Source: Mytilus californianus (lineage: Eukaryota). From it: a DNA stretch of 64,000 bases. Both the position numbers and the translations under genes were made by a program. Below the pieces are notes generated by a model. That model searched no databases, was not told where the DNA came from, and saw nothing but the letters and a program-made list of their open reading frames with translations. This document shows, one piece after another, positions 49,797-62,656 of the stretch (the first letter of the stretch is position 1; every line of letters starts with the position of its first letter). The DNA lies in the NCBI RefSeq assembly GCF_021869535.1, contig NW_026262723.1, positions 1,612,001 to 1,676,000 on the forward strand. The letters run 5' to 3'.

Positions 49797-51658
49797 CTGG
49801 AATTTGATTTACAATGATATCAAGCTATAAGTATAATAAACACACAAATTCAATAATCTTTATAAGTAGTTATCCATTTTTAAGTGAAAGATAAGATCTC
49901 ATATATTTCGTAGAATTTGCATAGAAAGTCAGTTTGACCTATTGTAGCAGTTTGTACATGCCGTAATCTCGTATGGTTATTATCAACTGTCCACTGCTTT
50001 CAATATTGTTTCCACAAATATTATTTCAATGCAATCGAAACTAGACAAGACTCCTTTGGGTGGGGGAGTTCAATGTGAACCAATTGTTTTATTTTCCATT
50101 GTTGTCTGTTTTTTGCATGGACATTTGAATCAATTTTTTGTTTGTTTTGTTGTTGCATCTTTCTCGACTTGTTTATTTATATTCATTGACTTGTTTATTT
50201 ATATTCATTGACTTGTTTATTTATATTTATGTTAAATTTGTTGATTTTTCTTACAACGCATTCGCATCAATTAATGTCTACTCTTTCCTATATATCGTTA
50301 AGTTTCGAGGTTAAAGGATTGTGGGTAATTTCACAGCTGTACACCAACATGAAAATGACGTGGTATCATCAGCTCGATATCAACTTACATTTAATCAATC
50401 ATCGATCGATAAGAACACTGTTACCCAATAATATTGTACACTTTTGAAAAAAAAAGCATCTAGAATACAGTAGACTCTAGGACGGCAAATATCCGTGTGC
50501 ATTGAAACATTGTCATTAATAGATTTATCATTATATTATTTTAACATTGATTAATACCATACATAAAACCTATGTACAAATTTCCTTAAATGCAAATAAC
50601 AAAACAATGATATATGGATTACAAAACAAATACAATCAAATGTTGATAATGCTATGATTTAAGTTTTCTCTTTGTCAGCGTGTAATATCTCAGTACGTAT
50701 ATAGTGACTAATCCTCTGTCCTATTGTATTGAATTTACATTTCTAGCATGTTTATATTCTCATTAAGACACTTATGCCAACTTTTCATGAAGCAAGTGCG
50801 TGAGATTTGGCTAAAATTGTAAAGATCAAAGAGAAAAAACAATAGATCAAAGGAAAATGCTGCCAAATGAGCATGAAAATTTAGCGTGAATGCGTGAGAC
50901 TTGGCAGCCCTGTAATAAGAGGAGTTCATTAACTGGGATTTTTTTTTTTGCTTCTAAACGACTAAAATTAACGTCTCAGTTTTTATGGTCACCATCACTA
51001 ACAGAATGGTCTGTGTCTCAAATCACGAAGTCCTATTTCTTAAAACACCAACATAGTCGTCTGATCAGCAATTTTAACGATGGCGGATGAATATCATTCC
51101 CTACAGTTTCTTTTGTTGGTGTATCCCACGTGGTGTATTTAAGGTCATGTTTGGGTTTTCAACATCATTAAACAATTTTTGTACATCATTTCTCATATGA
51201 AGTACAGACAAGTGACAAAACTGAATAAGGTCACATAAGAAAACAATACAGGTAATCTCGTATCTATAGATTATCATATAAATGAGGGTCGTAATGGGGT
51301 ACATTGTACCTTCATGACGAATAACGGTAAAAATCTTGCCAGATGCCGTTAACGGTAATTTTTGGTGCATTACGATAAAATGTACACTTTCTTTAAGACG
51401 ATAAAAAAAAATGACTGCTTTTGCCGAATCACGTTAAATTTTTTCCAAAAATAACGGTAACGGAGAATTATTTGAGACCTCTGACGAATCACGATAAGGA
51501 TATTTGGACAAATCACGATAACATTTTAACCAATTTGACGCTAACGGTAGCCGAAAATGATCGTTTGACGCCTGACGGTAAAGGGCATTCCATAAATAAC
51601 ATATATGCATATATAAATAAAAAAAAAAAAGATGTGGTGTTGTCAACTGTATACTTAC

Positions 51659-51931
51659 TTATTACATGTAATTTGATTGACAATGACCTTGTAATAACGC
51701 CTGACGCTTTACATGAACACGTTGTTCCATTGTCGAATGACGTCACCATTTTGGAAACTTTAGCGACGTATGTATTATGTTCACGCTTATTTGTTTGAAC
51801 AACTGTTTCAAGGCATTGCATGTAAATTTGGAGTAGGTAATCCCTGGAAATTGTTTTGCACATAATTTCAACAACACTGCCAGCAGATAATGGAAATTCT
51901 TTATCAAATGAAATGAAAGGACCATTTATAT
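51659..51931 (-). CDS. Gene B exon: C2-like Ig domain D3
   Basis: INGPFISFDKEFPLSAGSVVEIMCKT...FDNGTTCSCKA...IKLHVI; acceptor ttcttcttgcAG, donor A|GTAAGT, phase 1-1. Confidence 0.9.
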
Positions 51932-52313
51932 CTGCAAGAAGAATTTAAACAAAATGGAGAAATTATTTTTGACAAATAATTATACAAATATGATATAAAA
52001 AGCATTTTAAGTCTCATTTGTTTCCAGGGTATTTGTGTTGTTGCCTGAGAAACTCAAATCATGAGCAACAGTAGTCTCGGGGAAAGAACACTCTAAAAAA
52101 TGTTTAAATGGTTTTGTCAAAAATTAACACCCCCACTGTAAACGAAAATAGATTTTTAGTATATTTTGGTTTCTTTTTACAGAATTTGAAACCTCATTGA
52201 AGCCGTTGATCACTGCGTCAGGTTCACATTTTGTTATTACACATATAAAGTCTTGCATTTTTTTGTGATACATACAAAAGAGTGATGATAATGAACTTTA
52301 TTTTTATACGCAC

Positions 52314-52658
52314 TAACTACTGATACGAAAAGACAATCAGATAATGAGCCAAACATCTTGAAATCCATAGAACATCTAAATGCTAAGTCCCCGCTATCTA
52401 ATTCGGCAAAATACTTCAACGTGAAACTTCTACCTTCCGCAAAACACTGGCACATATCACTTTGACAAACTGATGCCTCCAAGCTTGAGAAACAACCGCT
52501 TGCATTTGTACTTATTTTTGTATAAAACTGATTGTTAACATGAAAATAAACCGCTGAAACTGTCGATGCTGTATTTGAGGTACACAACAGTGATATCTGT
52601 TGTTGCCTTTGGACATATTTTGGTCGACTTAACGTTATTTTCGGGGATACTTCATAAC
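52314..52658 (-). CDS. Gene B exon: Ig-like domain D2 with a C-x8-C-x4-C-x-C insertion
   Basis: Acceptor tttttttcAG, open frame, donor A|GTGCGT (phase 1); homologous to 32265-32621. Confidence 0.9.
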
Positions 52659-55117
52659 CTGAAAAAAAGTAAGGCCTCGTTAGTTTAATATGTACAACAC
52701 GAAAGAGACACATTTGCAAATGATAATGACTTTTTGATATTTTAAATACTGCCTGACGAATGGAAATGTATCAACGATATCTACTGGTCAAGTACTTTAA
52801 GTAATTTATAGTTTTTCTCAAATTAATTTTAACAGGAAATGCTTTTGGAAATGTTACTTTAAGATCAAAAGGTTTACCAAAGTTAGGTCTAGCTAGAACC
52901 ATAGACTCGGACTTTAATTTCTTTTTTAAACAGCGAATTTCGGGTAACTAATGTGCTGATTCTTGCTTGAAATTTTATAGGTACGAGGACCATTGAGTTA
53001 CCGTCACTTATGAAGCAAGTTCTTAAATGTTAGATATATCCTTTTAGTTTGAAAATTATTGTCATATTTTGCTATTTTGAGGCAAAAAGAGGAGGAGGTT
53101 TGTCAAAGGAACGAACACTATCGTCATTCCGTCCATAAACTCCGAATCTCGTTGACTTTCGCACAATATGAACTGATCTTGAAACTATGTGACCTGAAAT
53201 CAACAAGTAAGACTGCATTAAAAAGGATTATAGAAATTGATTAAAAAATTTATAAACCTATTTTATTCTTTTTTAAGGGAAATCTTTTGTCCAAAAAGAA
53301 CTTTGTGATGACGTCATGTCCCCACACGCGTATCTTCCAACGACGTAGAAAAAAAACCAAAAAAATCAGGCTTTCGATGTCGTGTTTGTATCAAACAAAA
53401 CCAAGTTTTTAGAACAAAAACAAAAGTTTTTGTATGAAGATACTAGCAGTATGCTGTATAAACGCAACGCGTCCGTTATTGCATAAAATGCACGATGGCG
53501 ATAACTGGTAACTGACGGTAACTGGTCCTCGAACGGTATATCGTTTCAACGTTTTATATTATAGGCTCTCAAACTGTTTGGTCAAGAGTGCATTTGATGA
53601 ATCTTACTCTAGATACATATTTTGTTCACGAAATTCTTATCTTAGCTTTTCAACTATAATTAGGACACACCGCGTCCCATTCGTAGATTCAACCATGCAT
53701 ATGCATTTTTTGTTAATCTCGTCTGATTTCCGAATTGAAAACCTCTGGCTCAGAAATCTTGCATGCTACACAACGAGGCCACTCAAAAATTTTAAACTGG
53801 TTTATCAAAAAAAATTATGATTTATAACCTACAATATACTTTATAACTTGAAATTTTCCATAAATTTACTGTCGTGTATTATCTATGTCCCGTACTATAG
53901 TCTTACTAAAAATTCTTATATTTTCTGTATTTGCCCAGTATTTGTTATATATTTGTCAAATTTACCCAAGTCTCTATGTCTGACAGTTTAGTAGAATTCT
54001 TTGATTGCGCTACGCATTGTATACATAAAACGTAATTGTGATCCTAATTGAATTTTATACCGTTCGGCCTCTTTCACTTTTCTCCGTTTTTATAACTATA
54101 CAATTATGTTATAAGGAACTGGAAAAATACTAAATACGTCACAACATCTAGAATATCAACGTGGATGAAAACATATTTTCAATATCCGCAAAACGATATC
54201 CATCTTCTTAATGAAACAGTTTTCTCAGAATTGTGTAAGAGGAGGCTATGCCAAAATTGACAAACCTGTTCCAGCTTATTTAAAAAAATTCTGTTCGGTA
54301 ACAACTTAACGGGAGAGTTTCTTCGTTTTTCTTTTTCTTTGTCATTACTTAAAAAACTCAATGCTTCTGATATCTTGTAACTTGAATAAGTTTACCAATT
54401 TAACACTGTTGTAAGATTTTTGAGTATTAATTTCATCTTACTCCGGTAAGTGGGAAGGTGATCTATGAGTTTGACTGTCCCTCTGGTATCTTTCGTCCCT
54501 CTTTTTTGAACAATCACAAACATATCTAACCTCGCCACATGCTCGATGTGACTGTCCAAAGTCAGGGAATTGTAAGTCAGTGGTAAGTAACATTAGTCAA
54601 AATTGTTTTTCGTTTAATGTTTCGTCATAAATCAGAATTGACTTGCACTAGAATTGATTTAACTGTCTAAAATAAACTTTAAGATCAAATAAGTGCAATG
54701 TTAGAATTTTATATCGAAATATCATCACAAGGTTTTTTTTGCAATTTTTAAAATATACACATTTGAAATATGATGAACATAAATGATAAACAAAAAACAC
54801 ACAGCCACCTCCACCCCCCTCCACACACACACAAACAAAAACAACTTACAGCGCACAAGTGTCGTCTACAAGGTTGTTTATGGGGACTATATAACAGTTG
54901 CTCTATGAATATCGTATTGAGTGAAAATTGCACATGATTGTTATTTATAACGGTAATGAGTGAAAATTGTGTATCTTGAAAAATATATTCAGTCTAAGGC
55001 TGCGTGCCGTCAGCCAAAATATAACCTCATTGTCGGATTTGAACAATTGGGATACAAATTTACTTAAAACGCTCTTCACGTTGTATGCCATACATACATA
55101 TTTTGGTGCAGCTATAC

Positions 55118-55438
55118 CTAATTCCTTTGACACTTTAACCTCGACACTGACGTCATCGAATCCATGAACACACCTCCATAAACCATTTAATGGATGATCA
55201 TTGTGAGGTCTTTTAACGACATATGCTGTTTCACCAGATGACAAGTCTTGTGTTATGTTGTTCGTATTTGAAAAACACATTGAATTTGGGTATGGCAGCA
55301 AGCAGTGCGCTATTTCATCACCGGACGGATTATATATTGTGACGCTAGATACTATTTTATCTGCTTTGCACGCTATTCTAAGCTGATCACTGTTTACACT
55401 CCAGCTGATGCATATACTTCCGTAGATGTCGATAATAT
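55118..55438 (-). CDS. Gene B exon: atypical Ig-like domain D1 (GxWxCxHG)
   Basis: Acceptor ttttaaaacAG, 321-nt phase 1-1 exon, donor G|GTATAG; homologous to 30684-30995. Confidence 0.92.
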
Positions 55439-56984
55439 CTGTTTTAAAAAAAAATCAAATAAGTCTAAAACAAACCTGGAACAAATTCTAGAAATGTACG
55501 ATAAAAGCTATACATACATCATTGGTTCAATACACTATTTAAGTAGCAGTCTGGCTAAGAATCATGCAAAATGATGAAATAGTGATTTACGGTATGTCGC
55601 AGAAATTTACAATACTTTTTGTGAAGTTTGTACTGAATTTTAAATATAAGACCATAAAACACAGTATTTTTCTTGGTCCTACATATTAAATGTTTGGAAA
55701 TGTGAACTTTCCCCACTTATTCTAGTATAAAAATTTTCTTCTATTTTCTTCAAAGACCGGATGTTTTAAGGAAAATGGTTAAATCCAAAATAAGGAAAAT
55801 AATTTTCTTTAAAACATATGAAACCTTGTACTGTATTTGAGTAAATTTGTTTTTATTTTGGAGTAAACATGATATAAGAAAGATAACTCTCTCTAATATA
55901 ACAACAGTTGCCATGTTACTGAAAAAACATTCAAAGACATTATCTTAATGGAATTTAAACATTGCCATTTTATTTCTTTGTATGAAAATACAGAGTGGTT
56001 CATATTCAATATTAAGGAATAAATAGCATAAAGACTTTGATTCTCTTCATTCACCGGCCCCTGAACTGCAATGTTTACATTTTGAATTACTCACTTCGGT
56101 TTGAAAAGATTTTTACGTCTGTTTGTATTTCATTCGATCTTGTACAGATTTATGTCGTTTTTACCGTAACGGGCGTTCATACCTTTGAGGAGATACTGTG
56201 GATGACGGGGGATATTTTTGAATGTATTTAGACAAAGGCAAGTCCTTTCACATCTGTTCCAGTGAGATGTTGATCTGTCTCCGTTGTACTAGTAGTTTTC
56301 AATTTATCAGAATTTTATAAACGATATCCCCAACCAGTAAGACAAGATGACTGCAGCACATACATTGTAAATCATTTAAGAAAACCGAATTGAAAATATT
56401 TGAAGTACAATCAAGACAAAGGGAAGTTTCAAAATGAGCAAGCATGACATAGCTTGTGAAGAGCGTTTTTTTTTTTATGTCGTCGTCAGACCATGTGTGG
56501 TTTTCACTACCAACCTTTCTTTTGGCTGTTTGCCCTTTTCACTCTTGGAAAGGATTTCAAATAGGGAAAACAGTGTAATCATCCTCTACGCAATATAAAA
56601 AAGAGAGCCATAAGATGAGAAACCAGTCAGCAAAGCAGGAAGATCCTATGGACCATGGAGTAATGGTAAGCGGTGGTAATACTTAATTTATTGTAAATTC
56701 ATTATTCTTCCTGTGAAGACGATTTATATTGATGTATTCAAATGATATAAACACCCATCAGGGATCCAGTGTTATAATGATTAGGGAATTTACGATAGAA
56801 AAGATCCATAAAAAGATGGCAAATTTAAAAATTTGATCTGTTTACAAAGACAGAAAATCAAAATTCGCCTTGGGTTCTATCCGCATTTTTGAAATTATAC
56901 ACTTGCTGTAAAAGTTAGAGCTTTATTGCATTTACCTTGTCCATCTGTTTGTTTGTCTGTCTATCTGTTAGTCTTTCTTTAATG

Positions 56985-57112
56985 CTCTTTCGTACTTTAT
57001 TTGGCCTTTTTAAATTTTTCTGATTCACTGATGAGTCTTTTGTAAACGAAAGGCGCGTCTGACGTTCAAAATTTATTTTAATCCTGGTATCTATGATGAG
57101 TTTTTTTCTGAC
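56985..57112 (+). ncRNA. Family-1 minimal hammerhead repeat with an intact CUGAUGA core
   Basis: tca CTGATGA gtcttttgtaaac GAAA g gcgc GTC tgacgt (core at 57028-57034); stem II has a mismatch and the stem III C-G pair is lost. Confidence 0.75.
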
Positions 57113-59235
57113 CATTCGTCTAACAAATATTTCCGTCAGACTTTTCTCAGGTGCCACGTAACAGAATTTTATATTTAATCAGCAGCTTTAGATTGATGAG
57201 TTGTAACATGTGATATAAATATACGAAGATGTGGTATGATTGCCAAACACGCGTCATTTATAGTAGAAGCAAATACTAGTACTTGTTGGCTAGGAATCAG
57301 AATAATGCATGAGTCTAGGTACTTTTCTTCCTATGGAGTCTTTACCTTGTGAGCTTGTATTTTAAAAATATAGAAATATGTTTACGTTTCGTTCTTGTAC
57401 AAATATCATTCATATCTTAATAACAAAAATCGTCCTAAACATGTATGAAATATTTGCCACTGGACATTTTGCTAAGAACAACAACTATAAACATTTAATT
57501 ATCCTGAATACATTTTTTTGTATTGTTAGCTTCGCTCCACTGGCCGGTATATATTCCGTTTTCTGTAATTCCGCACATTCAGAAAATCCTGGATCCGCCC
57601 ATGATTTCTGACTTGGTACAGGCATTACTCAAAGAATATGATGGGTTATACCTGGTTATATAGCTCGATAAACTTCCCACTTGTATGACAATTGTTTATC
57701 ATTCCATTTTAAATTGACAAAAAGGGTGCTTTCTGACACGTCCGCGTACTGATGAATAAAAGTTATATCCGAGAACACCCCTCGAAGCAATCGTTTCTTA
57801 CGTGGTAAACACATGCTCGTTTTTCGAATCATCTGTTAAGAAATATACTCTGTTGAATAGATTAGCCACATTAAGTATATTTCTACTTTGTTATGTGTCT
57901 TCATAAATCTCAAGATTGATTTTTTTTTAAAGAAGCTGATCAAAAACCAGTTTCTGATTTGGAACAGGATCATATTAACCTTAAAAAGTTCATTTTCACT
58001 AAAAGTATCTATCCCTTTGCTTCAAAATTAAAAAGACTATCTTTTAAAATTATATAAAAACATTATACACATTAAACAAGTACTTAAAAGTGAATAAGGT
58101 TGTGTACAGCAAGCTTAACTATATGATTATTTAGAAAAGACTGTATAACTATTGTAAAATCATTCAGACATGGTCTACATTCTCTACTTTTTTGTGAAAA
58201 AAGTTTTCCTTACTCTTAAACGTCACGGTCGCGAATATTGTATTTTTAAACTGTCTATTGTGTAACTTGGATTGATTTCACCAATGAAATTTGCACTCGA
58301 ATGTAGTATGCTCTCGAAATATCATTTATTGGGTATAATAGACCATTTTGAACAAATGAATGGGAGCCGGAAGTTTTTAAATGAAGATCGTCAATGTTTC
58401 GGTACAGGCTTCAACAATTGTCAAAATTTTTAAACTTATACCGTAAATCAGCTGTAGGTGTAATACCACCAAATCATAGCACGTCACATCCGGTTTCATA
58501 CAAAAAAGGGTCGGAAAAAAAATTCCATTGGATGTGACAGTTATAGGAAATGAACCCTGCATTTCATTGCAAAAACAAATTTCTGAGTCACAAACATATA
58601 TCTTGGGTGTTTCAAAGCACCATTCTTATATTTTTGCTGTTCCTATAAAGTATTTTTGAAACTTCAGGTGACATGGTTACTAAAGCTTGTTAACAGGAAA
58701 AAAGGGATGAAAATTTGATTGGTTTACTTCCAGTGATGGTTATTATCTTATATGCAATGAAATGTTATGTGAAATATTCCCTGTAGTACTCGACAGGATA
58801 AAACTTTACTCATGCCAAGTATTTCTTCAATTGAAACAATTTGAAAGACGAATTCTGCACAATATTTTTGAAAAATGTCAATTTAACAAAGACTAATAGG
58901 GGGAAATCACTGGTGGTATTACTCCTGGATAAACACATGGTAAAATAAGTGTGACAAATTGGGAACAAAAATTAAGCATTTCAAATGTCTTCTTTAAATG
59001 TCCAAATCTGATTTCGGTTTAATCGCTTCTGACCAGTTTGATCAATTATGATAAACCTAACGTTGATTAAATTAGATTCGTGTAGTTTTCCACCGTATCC
59101 ATTCGGAACTTTACACTCATCATTTCCATTTGAATCACTATAGCACCTGATCGTTTTGAATGCAGTTAGAATATAGTATAACACAGAATACGTTATAAGT
59201 ACAATAGGCAAAACCAAAAAATTGAACAGTACAAG

Positions 59236-60572
59236 CAGTGGCGTAGCTTGGCTATTTTTAAGTGTACGCCCGAACCTTGGCGAGGGGCGTGGGTGCCACC
59301 AGCAGGTTTAGGTCAGAGGACTTCCTGGTAAGAGGTTCGTTGAGGGAGAAGCACCAGGAAGCTCACTCGTTATTGAGAAAGAAATATTATTTTAAATAAA
59401 TTTGTCATAAAAAACTCATCAATAGTAACATACTTTAGAGTCTAATTTGTTAATTTATCAGTTATTGTGTTCATTTGGAATCTAATGGTCATAGATTTCA
59501 GAGAAAAATGTCCAAACCAGTCACTTTATAATATGTTTAAAGGGAGATGTGGGATTAAACACAAGCAATCGACAAAAATCCCAAAAAGCAAAGAGTTTCC
59601 ATTTCAATGTTGTCATATATTAATTATTTTAACTTCATCTTATTTTCTCCCATTTTTATGCACAAATTTTGTTTATGGACACAGGAACTGATTAATGTTT
59701 ATAGATGTTCAGGTGTAACATAAAAATGTGTAAGGCATGTGTCTCGCCTGGGATTGCTGCTGTCAGTGTAAAAGCGGAATTTAAGAAAAATACAAACTTT
59801 TTATGAAATTGAACAATTAGCTGATATCCAAGTGTCATAACAATCTATGAAGGTATAATGTTTAACATGTCACAAAAATTTAATCCAGTCTGTTAATTGC
59901 AAAAAAAATAAATATAAAATAAGTCCGTCTGTCAGTTAAATACAGAAAAATGAAGAAAAAAATGTACTTTCAAATTTTGCTTCAGACATTATCTCTTAAT
60001 CATAAAAAAGCTTCTGCCAAATTGTCATAAAATTCGATGAAGGTTTGACAAAGTAATTGATGTTTAACAAACTTTAACCTAAGACTATCTTACTGTATCT
60101 ACTTATTAACTGCAAAAAAAAGTCCTTTTATCAGTCAAATACGGAAAAAATATATTTTTATTATGCTCTGGATACTATCTTTTGGTCATTAGAAAGCTTC
60201 TGTCCAAATTTCATTACATTCCATGAAGGTTTGACAAAGTTATTAAATGCTTGAACAAACTTTAACCATGCACAGACCAAACCTAAGTGTTGACGACACC
60301 GACGGAATCTAAGATCGGTATGTGTCGCTTTTGCGACATAAAGGTCACAGGCTCGATATTCACACTTTGACAGAAAATGAACAAATGTATAAATAATATG
60401 ATACCATTTGATTATAAGTTTATTTCGTCACTTCTTTCTTCAATTACAAGTCATAGAGGAAAGAATTAAAAGGCTTTTAACCAGATCTTTTATTTTATTT
60501 AGATTAAATATTTTTTCTCTAAAATTTATGTGTACGCCCGGGCGTTTTGACGTAAACGTAGCTACTCGCCTG
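59236..60572. mobile_element. hAT-like MITE (CAGTGGCGTAGCT-type ends) with a nested HINE-like insert
   Basis: Left end cagtggcgtagct, degenerate right end agctactcgcctg, shared gtgtacgcccg near both ends, acaag flanking both sides. Confidence 0.45.
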
Positions 60573-60991
60573 ACAAGTTAATATGAAGCTGCTCAATGCT
60601 CCAACAATAGCTATTATCTTACCTTCTATACATTTCTAGGAATATGATTGGTTAAAAGCGTCCGCGTGGAGACCGTGTATATTCCATATTAGGTTAGTAG
60701 GGAGGCGGGGCTTATTTCATACACGGTTAGTAGTGGTGTTACGTCCCTTTATAAAAACAAAACGGTACTGAGAAAAAATCTTAAAGGTTTCAACAGACGA
60801 CGAAATTGATGATGAAGATTGAAATAAATTCATAAAACACATTTAAACCTAAAAAAATTGTTATTGTTGGCATCTGTTTTTGTGGGATCAATGGAAGTAG
60901 TTTCTTAATGCTAACGGTATTGAAGACTTGATCATTTTGATAGGTCACTAGTCTAAATTTCACACGCTAAGATAGTCGGTAAGATAAATTC

Positions 60992-61131
60992 GTTACATAG
61001 TGTGCTAGTGACGTAATACGGTATATATGGGGTCAGTAAATTCCATATGGGGATTCGAGCTTCGCTCTCACCCCATATGGAATTTACTGACCCCATATAT
61101 ACCGTATTAGGTCACTAGCAGACTATGTAAC
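60992..61131. repeat. 140-bp hairpin MITE with GCTTCGC in the loop
   Basis: ~61-bp arms (gttacatagt...catatgggg / ccccatatg...actatgtaac) with few mismatches and an 18-nt loop. Confidence 0.92.
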
Positions 61132-61184
61132 TAATAATATTTGTACAGTCCCAAACGACTATTGTAGCTCAATATTAAACTTAC

Positions 61185-61224
61185 ATTTAAGCAGAAAATA
61201 CGTATATATTAGATAACCATCCAT
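61185..61224 (-). CDS. Gene B signal-peptide exon (MDGYLIYTYFLLK+T)
   Basis: Acceptor AG at 61233-61232, caaaATGG start context, donor T|GTAAGT. The phase-1 join to D1 gives MDGYLIYTYFLLKYIIDIYG-SIC. Confidence 0.75.
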
Positions 61225-62212
61225 TTTGTTCCTGTTTTTTATAGAATGTCAAAATTGTCTACAATGCCTTCTTTACTTCCTCATCTTCTGTGAACTATTA
61301 GATAGCAATTAAAATTTGATTATTTTATATATATTGATATCCGGTTGACAAAAATATATGCAAAGGAAATAGGAAATATATAATTGGTAATTAGTATTAT
61401 GTAATATTAAAAAACATCTGCATTATATATAGATAGTGTGAGATATTTATAATTATCATAAACAATAATAGTTCCGCTTTTAAGGCCAAATTGATTTTAA
61501 AGTCACTTTTGGAGTTAATGTAAAGATTTCTGTGCATAGCTTGTGAACTGCTGTCTTTCGTTTCCTCATTTTGTTTATGAAAGAATCTTCTATAGTATAG
61601 GTATTAAGTAATTTGTGGTGACAAGATCCCCGACATAATGATTTACCATTGACATAGATAACGTTCATTGAAATCTACCTCACTACAGGCACGGGCATTC
61701 GAACGCGTTAGAATAAATCAATACCGTAAAATGTGGCCATTTACTTTACTGGTAGAGTGTGTTCGGTCTGTGCTTTCGCTCCCGGTCTTTGGCCAACATA
61801 CTGACAATCCTAAGAACCCACATTAAACAACAAAGAAACTAAATAAAGTCACACATTCCAACCTCTGAGATTAAAAACAAAATACACCTACTGGTTCCCA
61901 CTGACTATGTTAAACTTGAACATGGACCTTGTAATTCCATGCACCAGGGACCAAAGTCAGCCCAGTAAACAAAAAACATCGCATTAAATAATGTCTGAAA
62001 CTCGTCATTTAGAAGATTTGGCCTTGTTGTCATAAAAAAATCGAGCACGATTTTCGTACTCAGACTCAGAAATCAACCAATCAAAATCCTGGATTTGGTG
62101 TTTCGAGCACAAATTTTGTACTCCAAGTACTGAGTAAAGTTTCACGTCCGAGAGCCCTGATTAGTTAAAGACCTTAAAAAACAAGCGATAACACACAATT
62201 TAATTCTAGACG

Positions 62213-62354
62213 ATCTAATTAAAATTCGTTCTCCGCACTTGCTCCTCATTTTTGTTCGGTTGCTTATATGTCGCGTGTGGGAGCTCCCACCCGCGACATA
62301 TAAACAACCGAACGAAAATGAGGAGCAAGTGCGGAGAACGAATTTTAAGTAGAT
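62213..62354. repeat. ~140-bp near-perfect palindrome with no loop (centre gggagctccc)
   Basis: aaaattcgttctccgcacttgctcctcatt... is mirrored by ...aatgaggagcaagtgcggagaacgaatttt. Confidence 0.92.
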
Positions 62355-62656
62355 TGAATTCCAGAGTAAGACTCGAATAATTCCGAAGATTGACGACCGT
62401 TACGCTAAAATATCCCTCTCGGATTAACCATTCTCTATAATATCGCTATCAAAATGTACCACATGATATCTTTATTAACCCGATATTCATAGAATAACTA
62501 GCTAGTGTACAATTTCCTCTATATTTTGGTAATAAAACGTAAGCTATGAACTTATAAATGTTTGAGTCTAAAACCGAAACATAAATAAATTGAAAAAATA
62601 TAAATATTTAAGTCAAACATTAAAAACGAATAAATTGAAATTAAAGTACAACTTAC

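Noticed and set aside
58981-59217. ORF resembling a small secreted Cys/Gly peptide
   Set aside because: It starts at TTG, its AG/GT-bounded part is phase 2-2 and incompatible with gene B, and I recognised no homology.
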